A DNA stretch of 64,000 bases, taken from assembly GCA_018052705.1 (NCBI GenBank), contig JAGPMW010000003.1, positions 31,451 through 95,450 on the forward strand, given 5' to 3'. Positions 46,664 to 58,144 of this stretch are shown in pieces. The translations under genes and the position numbers were made by a program. The stretch comes from Selenomonas sp. Lineage in GTDB: Bacteria > Bacillota > Negativicutes > Selenomonadales > Selenomonadaceae. Position 1 is the stretch's first letter. The number at the start of each line of letters is the position of its first letter. Under the pieces are notes generated by a model. That model saw only the letters and a list, made by a program, of their open reading frames with translations, was not told the DNA's origin and did no database searches.

Positions 46664-46739
46664 TCCTCGATAGCTCAGCCGGTAGAGCACCTGACTGTTA
46701 ATCAGGCTGTCGCAGGTTCGAATCCTGCTCGAGGAGCCA
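46664..46739 (+). tRNA. tRNA-Asn (anticodon GUU), CCA encoded
   Basis: TCCTCGA-TA-GCTC-AGCCGGTA-GAGC-A-CCTGA-CTGTTAA-TCAGG-CTGTC-GCAGG-TTCGAAT-CCTGC-TCGAGGA-G-CCA. Confidence 0.92.
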
Positions 46740-46819
46740 TTGAACGCACAAGGGTGTAACGTATATGTTACACCCTTTTATGTTATCGTTTTATGTTATT
46801 GCTGTAAGGGGGGAATCCT

Positions 46820-47509
46820 ATGCAAATCGATGATCGGCTTCAGGCTTTGGCAGAACTGGTACCTGAGGGCTGCCGGGCGGCAGATATCGGTACGGATCAT
46901 GGCTATCTGGCCATCACGCTGCTGCGGGAAGGGCGGGCTTCATTTGTAGTTGCCAGCGACAAGAACCAGGGGCCGTATGAGGCAGCGAAGCGCACGGTCC
47001 GCGAAAATGCTGTATCAGCGGAGGCCATATCGGTTCGCCTCGGTGATGGTCTGCAGGTTCTTGAACCGGGGGAGGTCGATACCGCCTGCATTGCCGGTAT
47101 GGGCGGTGTCCTGATGATCTCCATTTTTGAGGCTGCCCCGGATGTGACAAAAAGCCTGACAACGCTGGTGCTGCAGCCGATGAATGGCGCAGCAGAGCTC
47201 CGCCGGTGGCTGTATGGACATGGCTGGCATATAAGCGATGAGTCACTGGCGGTGGCTGATGGACGTATCTATGAGATTATCCAGGCCAGGAGGGGCCGGC
47301 GGACAATGCCATCGGCACTTGATCTGCTGGTTGGTCCGGTTCTGTGGGCGAAGAAACCACCGCTTCTGCGGCACCACATCGAGGCGCTGCTGTTTCAGCT
47401 GCGCCGCGTGCTGACCGGGATGGAGAAAAGCTCACGGGCACAGGAGAGCCGGAAGTACGCACAGGTGAAGAAGCAGGTCATGGAATTGGAGGAACGGCTG
47501 AAATGGTGA
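46820..47509 (+). CDS. trmK: tRNA (adenine22-N1)-methyltransferase TrmK
   Basis: ORF 46820..47509. Contains DIGTDHGYL, IAGMGG and the position after sigA ahead of nif3 (the yqfN-yqfO arrangement of Bacillus). Confidence 0.8.
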   Translation: MQIDDRLQALAELVPEGCRAADIGTDHGYLAITLLREGRASFVVASDKNQGPYEAAKRTVRENAVSAEAISVRLGDGLQVLEPGEVDTACIAGMGGVLMISIFEAAPDVTKSLTTLVLQPMNGAAELRRWLYGHGWHISDESLAVADGRIYEIIQARRGRRTMPSALDLLVGPVLWAKKPPLLRHHIEALLFQLRRVLTGMEKSSRAQESRKYAQVKKQVMELEERLKW

Positions 47510-48312
47510 GTTGTCAGGTAGTCATGGATGCGCTCGAACGCATTGCACCGAAGCGTCTGGCTGAAGATTGGGATAATCCTGGCCTGCTGGTCGGGGCGCT
47601 GGATCAGGACGTACGGCGGATACTGGTCTGTCTTGATGTCAGTGACAGTGTGGTGGAATGTGCCATCAGGAGCGGTGCGGATATGATTGTAGCCCATCAT
47701 CCGCTGATCTTCAAGGGGCTGAAAAAGATCCGTACCGATCTGCCGCTGGGACGCCGTCTGCAGCAGCTCCTGAAGCATGATATCGCCGTGGCCGCGGCCC
47801 ATACGAATCTGGACATTGCCGTGGGTGGGGTTAATGATGTGCTGGCGACAGCCATCGGCCTGTCCAAACTATCGACGTTCGTCATTGCCAGCCAGTCGCC
47901 GGATGGTACCGTGGACAGTATGGGCCGTATGGGGCGGCTGCCGGCACCGATGACAGTTCATGATTTTGCACAGCAGGTGCGCAAGGCACTGCCGACAGAG
48001 CATGTCCGGCTGGTTGACGCTGGGGCCCGTCCGGTGCGCAAGGTCGCACTCTGCAGCGGCAGTGGTGCCGAGTTCATCCATAAGGCGGCATTCATGGGAG
48101 CGGATGTCTATGTGACTGGTGATGTGAAATACCATGAAGCACAGCAGGCTGTGGAACTCGGGATGCATGTCATCGATGCCGGACATTTCGGCACAGAGTT
48201 CCCGGTCGTTGCTGTACTCAGAGAGCGGCTGTCGCAGGAACTGGCTGAAGCCAAAGGGCAGGTTGATGTGATTGCTGATGAGGCGTCGCACGACTTCTTC
48301 GAGATTGTGTGA
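47503..48312 (+). CDS. Nif3-like dinuclear metal center protein (YqfO family)
   Basis: ATG 47503 lies within ORF 47344..48312 and overlaps the trmK stop. Contains AEDWDNPGLLVG, IVAHHPLIFKGLK, AHTNLD and GHFGTE. Confidence 0.88.
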   Translation: MVSCQVVMDALERIAPKRLAEDWDNPGLLVGALDQDVRRILVCLDVSDSVVECAIRSGADMIVAHHPLIFKGLKKIRTDLPLGRRLQQLLKHDIAVAAAHTNLDIAVGGVNDVLATAIGLSKLSTFVIASQSPDGTVDSMGRMGRLPAPMTVHDFAQQVRKALPTEHVRLVDAGARPVRKVALCSGSGAEFIHKAAFMGADVYVTGDVKYHEAQQAVELGMHVIDAGHFGTEFPVVAVLRERLSQELAEAKGQVDVIADEASHDFFEIV

Positions 48313-48324
48313 TGGGACGATAAA

Positions 48325-49254
48325 ATGACAAACAGCGAATTAAGAAAACATGCAATGCGTTATGTGCAGATTACGCTAGGCTGCCTGATTACCTGCCTGG
48401 GATTCAACTTATTCATTATTCCGGCCCATCTGCTGACTGGCGGGATCAGTGGTGTTGCGCTGATCTGCTATTATCTGACCGGTCTGCCTGTCGGTGCCCA
48501 GAATCTCGTGTATAACCTGCCAATCCTGTATCTGGCTTACAAGGTCTTCGGCCGGCTCTATGCCTGGGATACTATCGTGGGGACCGTGGTGCTTTCCGTT
48601 ATCCTTGATGCAACACATTTCATGGTAAACTGGAATGTTACGGCCGATGGGATGCTCAGTGCTATCTTTGGCGGTGTCATGGCCGGTATTGGTTTTGGTA
48701 TCATCTTCCGGGCCAACGGCAATACGGGTGGCCTCGATGTTGTAGGAGCTGTGGCCAAGAAATTCTATTCACTGGATATGGGGACCGTCATCTTTGTGAT
48801 GAATTTCATTATTGTCATGGCTTCAGCCTGGATGTTCAGTGTGGATGAGGCGCTCTATACCCTGGTATCGATTTATGTGACGGCCGAGCTTACGAACCGT
48901 GTGGCGGCCGGTCTGAATCGGGAGAAGTCGATCTTCATCGTTTCTCCGGCAGCCGAGCAGATCTGTCAGGATATCATGGAAAACGTCCATCGCGGTGTGA
49001 CTTATATTGAGGGCAAGGGCGGCTTTGCGCAGGAACATAAGGATATCCTGTTTATCGTCGTGCGCCTCACGCAGGTCAGCCGCGTTAAAACTATTGTTGA
49101 GCACTACGACCGGCAGGCCTTCATGATTGTGTCGGACACATCCGAGGTGTCCGGCAAGGGATTCACGCTGGAATGCGAGACCTATCAGGATGCCCGCCGG
49201 AAATGGGTGGAAGCACGGGAAAAACAGAAGACCTTAATGGATGGACATGAGTAA
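48325..49254 (+). CDS. YitT family membrane protein (with C-terminal DUF2179)
   Basis: ORF 48325..49254. N-terminal polytopic region with the GGISGVAL motif and a C-terminal soluble DUF2179-like part (VTYIEGKGGF...IVVRLTQVSRVKTIV). Confidence 0.8.
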   Translation: MTNSELRKHAMRYVQITLGCLITCLGFNLFIIPAHLLTGGISGVALICYYLTGLPVGAQNLVYNLPILYLAYKVFGRLYAWDTIVGTVVLSVILDATHFMVNWNVTADGMLSAIFGGVMAGIGFGIIFRANGNTGGLDVVGAVAKKFYSLDMGTVIFVMNFIIVMASAWMFSVDEALYTLVSIYVTAELTNRVAAGLNREKSIFIVSPAAEQICQDIMENVHRGVTYIEGKGGFAQEHKDILFIVVRLTQVSRVKTIVEHYDRQAFMIVSDTSEVSGKGFTLECETYQDARRKWVEAREKQKTLMDGHE

Positions 49255-49283
49255 CAGTAACGCCTGATTGTTGTAAATGCCGG

Positions 49284-49313
49284 TTGACGATACAAAGGCT
49301 TTTACGGTATAAT
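49284..49313 (+). promoter_or_regulatory. Sigma-A promoter of leuS
   Basis: TTGACG (49284-49289), 18 nt spacer, TATAAT (49308-49313). Confidence 0.65.
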
Positions 49314-49342
49314 AAGCGTTAGCTGTAAAACGCGAAGCTAAG

Positions 49343-49369
49343 ATCCCGTCTGCATTTTGCAGGCGGGAT
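49343..49369 (+). promoter_or_regulatory. 11-bp leader hairpin in the short leuS 5' UTR (no T-box)
   Basis: atcccgtctgc-atttt-gcaggcgggat is followed by ttcgc, with no U-tract. It lies 27 nt before the TTG start. Confidence 0.5.
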
Positions 49370-49395
49370 TTCGCATATCATAGGAGGAGATTGCC

Positions 49396-51873
49396 TTGGA
49401 GAAGTATTCACCGCAGGAAATTGAGAAAAAATGGCAGGCCAAATGGACGGAAGATGATGTCTATAAGACGGAGATGGATCCAGATCGCCCGAAGTACTAT
49501 GCACTGGAGATGTTCCCGTATCCGTCAGGCAATCTGCATATGGGACATGTCCGCAATTATTCCATCGGTGATGTGCTGGCCCGCTACAAGACGATGGAGG
49601 GCTATAATGTTCTGCATCCGATGGGCTTCGATTCCTTCGGCATGCCGGCAGAGAATGCTGCCATCAAGCATGGTGTCAAGCCGTCAGACTGGACGTTCAG
49701 CAATATCGAGCATATGAAGCAGCAGCAGAGCCAGATGGGCCTGTCCTATGACTGGGACCGTCAGGCGGTTACGTGTACGCCGGAGTACTACCGGTGGACG
49801 CAGTGGCTGTTTGAGCTGTTCTACAAGCGTGGGCTGGCGTACAAGAAAAAGGCGTCGGTCAACTGGTGCGATACCTGCGGGACCGTGCTGGCCAATGAGC
49901 AGGTGGTCGATGGCAAGTGCTGGCGCTGCGACTCTGATGTGCAGAAAAAGGATCTGTCCCAGTGGTTCCTGAAGATCACGGACTATGCCGATATTCTGCT
50001 CAAGGATCTCGATAAGCTCGAAGGCTGGCCGGAGCGCGTCAAGACGATGCAGGATAACTGGATCGGCCGCAGCGAGGGACTCGAATTCCAGCTGGATGTG
50101 CCAGAGCTCGGAGAGAAGCTGCCAGTCTACACTACCCGTCCGGATACGGCATATGGCATCACATTTGTCGCACTGGCCGCTGAAAATCCAATCGTAGCGA
50201 AAATCTGTGCGGGCAATCCTAAAGCTGAGGCCATCGAGGCATTCTGCGCGAAGGTGCGCAACCAGTCTGAGCTGGAGCGTACATCCAGCGAGTCGGAGAA
50301 GGAAGGCATCTTCACCGGCATCTATGCCATCAATCCGTTCAATGGCAACAAGGTCGAGCTCTGGGTCACGAATTATGTGTTGGCTGATTATGGTACGGGC
50401 GCTGTCATGGGCGTGCCGTCCGGCGACCAGCGTGACTGGATGTTTGCGAAAAAGTATGATTTGCCGATCATCCTGACCATCCAGCCGAAAGGGCAGGAGC
50501 TTCGCCTTGAAGAGATGACAGAAGCCTATACGGATAAAGACGGGGTGCTCGTCAATTCCGGCAAATTCTCCGGGATGGAGATGCATAAGGCTATGTCCGG
50601 CATTATTGATGAGGCTGAGGCGCAGGGCTTCGGCCAGCGCAAGGTCAACTATCGTCTGCGCGACTGGCTGATCTCGCGTCAGCGTTACTGGGGCGCACCG
50701 ATTCCGGTCATCCACTGCCCGCATTGCGGCGAAGTGCTGGTACCGGAAAAAGATCTGCCGGTCCTGCTGCCAGAGGATGTGTCTTTTGATCAGGGATCGC
50801 TTTCGCCGCTGGCCAGCAGTGAAAGCTTCGTGCATTGCAAATGCCCGCAGTGCGGCGCTGATGCGACCCGTGAGACGGATACGATGGACACCTTCATCTG
50901 TTCGTCCTGGTACTATCTGCGTTATACGGACCCGAAGAATGATCAGGCACCGTTTGACAAGGATAAAGTCAACTACTGGGCACCGGTTGATCAGTATATT
51001 GGCGGTATCGAGCATGCGATTCTGCATCTGCTGTACAGTCGTTTCTTCACGAAAGTTCTGCATGATGCGGGACTGGTTGATTTCGATGAGCCGTTCAAGA
51101 ACCTGCTGACGCAGGGCATGGTGCTCAAAGATGGCTCCAAGATGTCTAAATCCAAGGGGAATGTCGTTTCCCCGGAGGAAATCATCGAGAAGTACGGTGC
51201 CGATACGGCCCGCCTGTTTATCCTGTTCGCGGCACCGGTTGACCGTGATCTGGAATGGAGCGATCAGGGCGTCGAGGGCGCCTACCGCTTCCTCGGTCGT
51301 GTATGGCGTATCCTTGGACATTTCGAGGACGATATCAAGGCCGGTCAGGATGAGTATGACGTGACGGCACTGACGAAAGAGGAGCAGGAGCTGCGCCGCG
51401 TTCTGCATCTGACTATCCGGAAGGTCACAGAGGATGTCCGTGATCGCTTCATGTTCAATACGGCAATCTCCTCGGTTATGGAACTGGTCAACGCGTTCTA
51501 CGGTTTCCAGGACAAGACGATCAATCAGGGTCTTGTGCGTGAGATTGCTGCTGATCTTGTGAAGATGCTGGCTCCGTTTGCGCCGCATATTACGGAAGAA
51601 CTTTGGAGTAGACTGTTTGGCAATGGCAGGGTTCATCAGCAGAAATGGCCGGTTTATGATGAAGCTGCGACGAGACAGTCCGAGATCGAGATTGTCCTGC
51701 AGATCAATGGCAAAGTCCGCGATAAGATCACGGTCTCTGCAGATCTCGACCGTACCGGAATGGAGAAAGCGGTAATGGCATTGCCACGGACCGTGGAACT
51801 GACGGCCGGCAAAGAAATCGTCAAAGTTATCTGTGTGCCGAAGAAATTGGTGAATATTGTTGTCAAAGGCTGA
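49396..51873 (+). CDS. leuS: Leucine--tRNA ligase
   Basis: ORF 49396..51873 (TTG start after AGGAGGAG). HIGH motif [11 protein letters not shown] and KMSKS motif present. LeuS blocks appear throughout. Confidence 0.95.
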   Translation: MEKYSPQEIEKKWQAKWTEDDVYKTEMDPDRPKYYALEMFPYPSGNLHMGHVRNYSIGDVLARYKTMEGYNVLHPMGFDSFGMPAENAAIKHGVKPSDWTFSNIEHMKQQQSQMGLSYDWDRQAVTCTPEYYRWTQWLFELFYKRGLAYKKKASVNWCDTCGTVLANEQVVDGKCWRCDSDVQKKDLSQWFLKITDYADILLKDLDKLEGWPERVKTMQDNWIGRSEGLEFQLDVPELGEKLPVYTTRPDTAYGITFVALAAENPIVAKICAGNPKAEAIEAFCAKVRNQSELERTSSESEKEGIFTGIYAINPFNGNKVELWVTNYVLADYGTGAVMGVPSGDQRDWMFAKKYDLPIILTIQPKGQELRLEEMTEAYTDKDGVLVNSGKFSGMEMHKAMSGIIDEAEAQGFGQRKVNYRLRDWLISRQRYWGAPIPVIHCPHCGEVLVPEKDLPVLLPEDVSFDQGSLSPLASSESFVHCKCPQCGADATRETDTMDTFICSSWYYLRYTDPKNDQAPFDKDKVNYWAPVDQYIGGIEHAILHLLYSRFFTKVLHDAGLVDFDEPFKNLLTQGMVLKDGSKMSKSKGNVVSPEEIIEKYGADTARLFILFAAPVDRDLEWSDQGVEGAYRFLGRVWRILGHFEDDIKAGQDEYDVTALTKEEQELRRVLHLTIRKVTEDVRDRFMFNTAISSVMELVNAFYGFQDKTINQGLVREIAADLVKMLAPFAPHITEELWSRLFGNGRVHQQKWPVYDEAATRQSEIEIVLQINGKVRDKITVSADLDRTGMEKAVMALPRTVELTAGKEIVKVICVPKKLVNIVVKG

Positions 51874-51902
51874 ACTTTTGCTGAAATGATATGAAAGATA
51901 GG

Positions 51903-51947
51903 CGCTGTTTCCTGTGGATATGCCCCAGAGGGAACAGCGTTTTTTTT
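51903..51947 (+). terminator. Intrinsic terminator after leuS
   Basis: Stem cgctgtttcc / ggaacagcg followed by a T8 run. Confidence 0.85.
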
Positions 51948-51990
51948 CTCTGGGGCATTTAAATACAGGTGGTCAGATACTATTTTGGTA

Positions 51991-51999
51991 TGCTATAAT
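51991..51999 (+). promoter_or_regulatory. Extended -10 promoter candidate for the HD-GYP gene
   Basis: TGcTATAAT at 51991-51999. There is no good -35. Confidence 0.4.
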
Positions 52000-52062
52000 G
52001 TAGGCACGTCATGGATGGTTATGAGCGGTAGTGGGATGTCGCTATTAGGAGGATGAAATGTT

Positions 52063-53154
52063 ATGCTGAAAGCATATGCCATTGAGAATCTTCGGGCAGG
52101 AATGATTATTGGCCGGGATGTTTTGGATGAAAGCACGAATGTACTGATTGGTGCCGGTATGGTATTGAATAATGATATGATTTTCAGCCTTCTGGATCGC
52201 CCCATTTTTTCGGTCTATGTGGAAGAAGCTGAGCCTGTAATTGAGGCGACGTTTGTTCCTGGGCGGGAATTCCTGCTGGATGATGCCTATATGACCTGCT
52301 ATGACAGGGTGCATCATCAGCTTAAGGTTATATTTACAGCGTTGGCTGAACGGGGCACGTTTAATGCTTCGGCACTGCAGGAATTGACAGATGAAAAGAA
52401 CTTTCTGGAACTTTGCAATGGGTCTAAGGCTGTTTCACAGATGCATAACATGAATCGTCAGGGTGACTATCTGATTAATCACTGCCTGCATGTCGGTATT
52501 ATGGCAGGCATGATGGGGAAATGGCTCAACTGGTCGGTATTGGATCAGTATAATCTGGTTATTGCCGGTTTATTCCTCGACCTCGGCAAGATGCGCATTG
52601 CGCCTGAAATATTGGAGAAGAAGGGGAAGCTGACCCCGGCTGAGTTCGATATTGTCAAGAAACATCCGCAGGCCGGTTATGAGCTTATTGATAAGACGAC
52701 GCTCAGGTCGAATCAGGATATCATGTGGGGCGTCCTGCAGCATCATGAGCGCTGTGATGGCTCAGGTTATCCCAACCATCTCAAGAAAGACCGGATTTCG
52801 CGGTTCGGCCGTATCCTGGCGATTCTCGATATCTACGATGCCATGGCCGGAGATCGTGTCTTTGCCAAGCGCCGTTCTCCTTTTGAAGTATTTTCCATCC
52901 TCTATGATGACATCCTGAACGGCAAGCTGGATACGGAATATGGCGTGTTATTCCTCAGGCATCTGTGCCATGCCCTGAACGGCAACTGGGTAGCACTGAG
53001 CAATGGTGAGAGGGGCCGCATCGTCTATATCGATGAAAGCCGGGTGACATCGCTGCCGGTGGTACAGACCAGTCGCGGGGAATTTATCGATCTCAATACG
53101 AACCGTGAGGTCAAGGTACAGTATCTGCTGACGGCTGAAGAAGTTGCAGGTTAA
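52063..53154 (+). CDS. HD-GYP domain protein (putative cyclic-di-GMP phosphodiesterase)
   Basis: ORF 52063..53154. HD motif in HCLHVGIMAG...LFLDLGK, and HHERCDGSGYPNHL (the HD-GYP signature). Confidence 0.85.
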   Translation: MLKAYAIENLRAGMIIGRDVLDESTNVLIGAGMVLNNDMIFSLLDRPIFSVYVEEAEPVIEATFVPGREFLLDDAYMTCYDRVHHQLKVIFTALAERGTFNASALQELTDEKNFLELCNGSKAVSQMHNMNRQGDYLINHCLHVGIMAGMMGKWLNWSVLDQYNLVIAGLFLDLGKMRIAPEILEKKGKLTPAEFDIVKKHPQAGYELIDKTTLRSNQDIMWGVLQHHERCDGSGYPNHLKKDRISRFGRILAILDIYDAMAGDRVFAKRRSPFEVFSILYDDILNGKLDTEYGVLFLRHLCHALNGNWVALSNGERGRIVYIDESRVTSLPVVQTSRGEFIDLNTNREVKVQYLLTAEEVAG

Positions 53155-53169
53155 ATAAAAGAATCAAGC

Positions 53170-53213
53170 AAGGCTCAAGGGAAGATAATCATATTTTCCA
53201 TTGAGCCTTTTGT
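53170..53213 (+). terminator. Terminator after the HD-GYP gene
   Basis: Stem aaggctcaa / ttgagcctt followed by ttgtt. Confidence 0.6.
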
Positions 53214-53267
53214 TATTGTGCGATATAATAGAGTATGTATGTTCGATTTATGAAGGAGGATCTGGAT

Positions 53268-55307
53268 ATGGCTATGGTGCCAAAGCTGAATACGATGCAA
53301 TTCGATAAAGAAACGCCGTTCAAGGTAGTGGCGCCGTTTGAGCCGATGGGCGACCAGCCACAGGCGATAGAAGACCTTGCGGCCGGAATCCGGAATGGCC
53401 AGGAAACACAGGTCCTGCTTGGTGCGACCGGTACAGGAAAGACCTACACGATTGCGAAAGTAATTGAACAGGTGCAGAAACCGACGCTGGTCATTGCCCA
53501 TAATAAAACGCTGGCGGCCCAGCTGGCCAGCGAGTTTAAGGCCTTCTTTCCTGAGAATTATGTCGGCTATTTTGTCAGCTATTATGATTATTATCAGCCG
53601 GAGGCTTATATCGCCTCGACGGATACCTATATTGAGAAAGATGCGTCCATCAATGATGAAATCGATGAGCTGCGGCATTCGGCGACCTGCTCTCTCTTTG
53701 AGCGGCGGGATGTCATCATCGTGGCTTCGGTATCCTGTATCTATGGTCTGGGTTCGCCGGAAAGTTATCATGAGATGGTTCTGTCCCTGCATAAGGGGCA
53801 GGAAGTGGAGCGGGACGCAATCCTGCATAAACTGGTGAACATCCGTTATGAGCGCAATGATATCGCGTTTGAGCGCGGCCGGTTCCGGGTCCGTGGCGAT
53901 GTCATCGAGGTCTTTCCGGCCGGCTATAATAACCGCGCAGTGCGCATCGAACTGTTTGGCGATGAAGTGGATCGCATGACGGAATTTGATGTAGTTACAG
54001 GCGAGGTGTATGGCGAGCGTACACATGTCATGGTATTTCCGGCTTCGCATTATGTGACGGAAGATGAAGACCTGAAAATCGCAATGAAGGATATCCGGAC
54101 GGAACTGCAAGTACAGCTCGAATCCTTTCAGGCGCAGGGCAAACTGCTCGAGGCACAGCGCATCGAGCAGCGGACAAATTATGATCTCGAGATGATGCAG
54201 GAGATGGGCTACTGTTCGGGCATCGAAAACTATTCGCGGCATCTGACCCATCGTCAGGCGGGCGATTCTCCCTATACGCTGCTTGATTATTTTCCTGAGG
54301 ATTTTCTGATCGTCATGGACGAGTCTCATGTGACGCTGCCACAAGTTCATGCGATGTATGCGGGAGACCGCAGCCGTAAGGTTTCACTGGTGGAGAATGG
54401 GTTTCGTCTGCCCTCGGCGTTCGATAACCGGCCGCTGACCTTCGAGGAATTTGCTGCCCGTATCAACCAGATCATATACGTTTCGGCTACGCCGGGCAAA
54501 TATGAGCTTTCAAAAGCACAGCAGGTAGCGCAGCAGGTCATTCGTCCGACGGGACTGCTGGACCCGGAAATCGAGGTTCGGCCGCTGGAGGGGCAGATTG
54601 ATGATCTGTTGTCGGAGATCCGGGTGCGAATCGGGCAGAATGAGCGCGTACTCGTTACGACCTTGACGAAGAAGATGTCGGAAAACCTCACCGATTACCT
54701 GAAGGAAACCGGCATCAAAGTGCGGTATCTGCACTCGGATATTGCGACAATCGAGCGGGCTGAGATCATCCATGACCTGCGGGCTGGTAAATTCGATGTG
54801 CTCGTTGGCATCAATCTTTTGCGTGAGGGACTGGACATGCCGGAGGTCTCACTGATTGCGATTCTCGATGCCGACAAGGAAGGCTTCCTGCGATCGGATA
54901 CCTCACTGATTCAGATCATTGGGCGTGCCGCGCGTAATTCGCATGGCCATGTCATCATGTATGCGGACCGCATCACCGATTCCATGAAGCGGGCCATGGG
55001 CGAGACTGACCGCCGCCGGGAGATTCAACAGGCCTATAACAAGGAACATGGCATCACGCCACAGACGATCGTCAAGCCAATCGTTCCGCTGATTGAGACC
55101 ACGTTTGTGGCAGAGACGGCGGCCTCGTATGGTGATGATACAGCGAAGAAAAAGAAGAAACTCAGCAAGAAAGATAAGGAAAAACTCGTCAAATCGCTGC
55201 TGCGGGAGATGCAGCAGGCATCGCGGGGCATGGAATTCGAGCGGGCCGCCGAGCTTCGTGATATGATCATCGAGCTCGAGGGCAGCCTGCCAGTAAAGAA
55301 AAAATAG
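53268..55307 (+). CDS. uvrB: Excinuclease ABC subunit B
   Basis: ORF 53235..55307, start ATG 53268 after AAGGAGG. Contains [19 protein letters not shown] and the C-terminal UVR domain ([16 protein letters not shown]). Confidence 0.95.
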   Translation: MAMVPKLNTMQFDKETPFKVVAPFEPMGDQPQAIEDLAAGIRNGQETQVLLGATGTGKTYTIAKVIEQVQKPTLVIAHNKTLAAQLASEFKAFFPENYVGYFVSYYDYYQPEAYIASTDTYIEKDASINDEIDELRHSATCSLFERRDVIIVASVSCIYGLGSPESYHEMVLSLHKGQEVERDAILHKLVNIRYERNDIAFERGRFRVRGDVIEVFPAGYNNRAVRIELFGDEVDRMTEFDVVTGEVYGERTHVMVFPASHYVTEDEDLKIAMKDIRTELQVQLESFQAQGKLLEAQRIEQRTNYDLEMMQEMGYCSGIENYSRHLTHRQAGDSPYTLLDYFPEDFLIVMDESHVTLPQVHAMYAGDRSRKVSLVENGFRLPSAFDNRPLTFEEFAARINQIIYVSATPGKYELSKAQQVAQQVIRPTGLLDPEIEVRPLEGQIDDLLSEIRVRIGQNERVLVTTLTKKMSENLTDYLKETGIKVRYLHSDIATIERAEIIHDLRAGKFDVLVGINLLREGLDMPEVSLIAILDADKEGFLRSDTSLIQIIGRAARNSHGHVIMYADRITDSMKRAMGETDRRREIQQAYNKEHGITPQTIVKPIVPLIETTFVAETAASYGDDTAKKKKKLSKKDKEKLVKSLLREMQQASRGMEFERAAELRDMIIELEGSLPVKKK

Positions 55308-55315
55308 GAGGAACT

Positions 55316-58144
55316 ATGGATAACTGCATCAGGATCAAGGGCGCTCGTGCCCATAATCTCAAAAATATCAACGTGGAGATTCCCCGCGACCAGCTGGTCG
55401 TTATTACCGGCTTGTCTGGATCAGGCAAATCATCGCTTGCCTTTGATACGATCTATGCCGAGGGGCAGCGCCGCTATGTCGAGTCCTTGTCCTCCTATGC
55501 CCGCCAGTTCCTGGGACAGATGGACAAGCCGGATGTTGACAACATCGATGGACTGTCTCCTGCAATCTCTATCGATCAGAAAACGACCAGCCATAATCCG
55601 CGCTCGACAGTCGGCACGGTTACAGAGATCTATGACTATCTGCGCCTGATCTATGCCAGGGCTGGCCATCCGCATTGTCCCAAATGCGGCAAGCCAATTA
55701 CGCAGCAGTCTGTGGACCAGATGGTAGATCAGATCAGGGATCTGCCCGAACAGACAAAGATGCTCATCATGGCGCAGGTCATTCGCGGCAAAAAGGGCGA
55801 ACACAAGAAGGTGTTGGAACATATCCGCCATGAAGGTTATGTCCGGGTCCGGATCGATGGCGAGATCTATGATATCAATGAGGATATTCAGCTCGAGAAA
55901 AATAAGAAGCACACCATCGAGGTGGTCATTGATCGGCTTGTTGTACGTGAAGGCATGGAAAAGCGGCTGGCCGATTCGCTTGAGACTGCGCTGAAGCTGG
56001 GTGAAGGAGTCGTCTATGTCCAGATCGTCGATGGCGAACTGCTGATGTTCAGTGAAAATTTTGCCTGCGTTGATTGTGGCATCAGTCTGCCCGAGATTAC
56101 ACCGCGTATGTTTTCGTTCAACAATCCCTACGGTGCCTGCCCCGTCTGTATGGGGCTTGGCAGTCATATGGAATTCGATGAAGATCTGGTCATTCCTGAT
56201 GCCCGGTTATCGGTCGGCGCGGGTGTGTTTGCTCCGTTGTCCAAGAATCGGCATTCCTATGCGATGTGTGCGATGGCTGCTGTGCTTAAGGACTATGGCT
56301 ATACATTGGAGACACCATGGAAGGATATGGACAAAAAGACCCGGCAGGTTTTGCTGCATGGTGCGGGTGATGAGAAGTTCCGCTTCAAGTACACGAACAT
56401 GTTTGGGGAGCTCAAGGAGTATCATGTGGAATTCGAGGGCGTGCTGCCGACATTGTCCCGTCGTTATCACGAGACGGACTCCGATGAGATGCGCGAGTCC
56501 TATGAGAACTATATGACCGAGATTCCGTGTACGGCCTGTCATGGCGCCCGGCTCAAGCCGGAGACCCTGTCGGTGACGATTGGGGAGAAGAATATCCACG
56601 AGGTCACGTCTATGACCATACGGGAGGCCGATCAGTTCTTCGAGTCGCTGGAACTGACGAAGCGCGAGCAGAAAATTGCGGCCCAGATCCTCAAAGAAAT
56701 CCATGCCCGGCTGAACTTCCTGCTCGATGTGGGACTGGATTATCTGACGCTGTCGCGCTCTGCCGGCACATTGTCGGGCGGTGAGGCGCAGCGCATCCGG
56801 CTGGCAACCCAGATCGGCTCAGGACTACAGGGCGTTCTCTATGTGCTTGATGAGCCGAGCATCGGTCTGCATCAGCGCGACAACAACCGGCTGCTCGCGA
56901 CACTCAAGCATCTCCGGGATCTCGGGAATACGCTCATAGTGGTTGAGCATGACGAAGACACCATGTATGCGGCAGACTATATCATTGATATCGGTCCGGG
57001 AGCAGGTGCTCATGGCGGCCAGATTGTGGCCCAGGGCACTGCACAGGAGATCATGCAGGTGCCAGAGTCCGTGACAGGCCAGTATCTGTCGCGCCGCAAG
57101 TTTATTCCGGTGCCCGCGCGCCGTCGGCCGGGCAATGGCAAATTCCTTGAGATCGTGGGGGCACAGGAAAATAATCTCAAGAACCTCGATGTCCGGTTCC
57201 CGCTCGGGACGTTGACACTTGTGACCGGTGTATCGGGCTCGGGTAAGAGTACTTTGATCAACGAGGTCCTCTACAAGGGCATTGCATCGCGCCTCTATCA
57301 TGCCAAGGGCAAACCAGGACTGCATAAGAAGATCAAGGGCCTCGAGCATATCGACAAGATCATTGATATCGATCAGCAGCCGATCGGACGGACTCCGCGG
57401 TCCAACCCTGCAACGTATACTGGCGTATTCGATGCGATCCGCGATTTGTTCAGTCAGACAGCGGAGTCCAAGATGCGCGGCTATAAGGCGGGCCGGTTCA
57501 GTTTTAACGTCAAAGGCGGCCGCTGCGAGGCCTGCAAGGGGGACGGCATCCTGAAAATCGAGATGCATTTCCTGCCAGACGTCTATGTGCCCTGCGAAGT
57601 GTGCAAGGGCGCCCGCTATAATCGCGAGACATTAGAGGTCCGCTACAAGGGCAGGAACATCTCTGAGGTGCTCGAAATGACCATTGATGAAGCTGTGGTG
57701 TTTTTTGCCAATGTGCCGCGGATCTCGCGCAAGCTGCAGGTCATTCAGGACGTCGGGCTGGGCTATGTCAAGCTGGGGCAGCCCGCGACGACTCTGTCCG
57801 GCGGCGAGGCGCAGCGCGTCAAGCTCGCCACGGAACTCTCGCGCCGCAGTACCGGCAAGACGCTCTATATCCTTGATGAGCCGACGACCGGCCTGCATAC
57901 CGCTGATATCCATAAGCTGCTCGAGATTCTGCAGCGGCTCGTAGACGGCGGCGACACTGTGATCGTCATCGAGCATAATCTGGATGTCATCAAGACCGCA
58001 GATCATATCATTGACCTGGGGCCGGAGGGCGGAGATAAGGGCGGCACTATCGTAGCCGAAGGGCGCCCTGAGGACATCGTCAAGGCAGCGGCATCCTATA
58101 CGGGAAAATACCTGAAACCACTGCTGGAGGAAAAGAACGAATGA
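55316..58144 (+). CDS. uvrA: Excinuclease ABC subunit A
   Basis: ORF 55316..58144. Contains ARAHNLKNI, two ABC ATPase modules ([18 protein letters not shown]) and zinc fingers ([13 protein letters not shown]...CEVCKG). Confidence 0.96.
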   Translation: MDNCIRIKGARAHNLKNINVEIPRDQLVVITGLSGSGKSSLAFDTIYAEGQRRYVESLSSYARQFLGQMDKPDVDNIDGLSPAISIDQKTTSHNPRSTVGTVTEIYDYLRLIYARAGHPHCPKCGKPITQQSVDQMVDQIRDLPEQTKMLIMAQVIRGKKGEHKKVLEHIRHEGYVRVRIDGEIYDINEDIQLEKNKKHTIEVVIDRLVVREGMEKRLADSLETALKLGEGVVYVQIVDGELLMFSENFACVDCGISLPEITPRMFSFNNPYGACPVCMGLGSHMEFDEDLVIPDARLSVGAGVFAPLSKNRHSYAMCAMAAVLKDYGYTLETPWKDMDKKTRQVLLHGAGDEKFRFKYTNMFGELKEYHVEFEGVLPTLSRRYHETDSDEMRESYENYMTEIPCTACHGARLKPETLSVTIGEKNIHEVTSMTIREADQFFESLELTKREQKIAAQILKEIHARLNFLLDVGLDYLTLSRSAGTLSGGEAQRIRLATQIGSGLQGVLYVLDEPSIGLHQRDNNRLLATLKHLRDLGNTLIVVEHDEDTMYAADYIIDIGPGAGAHGGQIVAQGTAQEIMQVPESVTGQYLSRRKFIPVPARRRPGNGKFLEIVGAQENNLKNLDVRFPLGTLTLVTGVSGSGKSTLINEVLYKGIASRLYHAKGKPGLHKKIKGLEHIDKIIDIDQQPIGRTPRSNPATYTGVFDAIRDLFSQTAESKMRGYKAGRFSFNVKGGRCEACKGDGILKIEMHFLPDVYVPCEVCKGARYNRETLEVRYKGRNISEVLEMTIDEAVVFFANVPRISRKLQVIQDVGLGYVKLGQPATTLSGGEAQRVKLATELSRRSTGKTLYILDEPTTGLHTADIHKLLEILQRLVDGGDTVIVIEHNLDVIKTADHIIDLGPEGGDKGGTIVAEGRPEDIVKAAASYTGKYLKPLLEEKNE

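Noticed and set aside
49684-51636. 650-aa minus-strand ORF opposite leuS
   Set aside because: It is an antisense shadow ORF. The leuS frame has the HIGH and KMSKS motifs.
53231-53246. LexA (Cheo-type) SOS box upstream of uvrB
   Set aside because: Only one half-site is present (GTTCG, that is CGAAC on the other strand, in agtatgtatgttcg). The partner half does not match CGAAC-N4-GTTCG.
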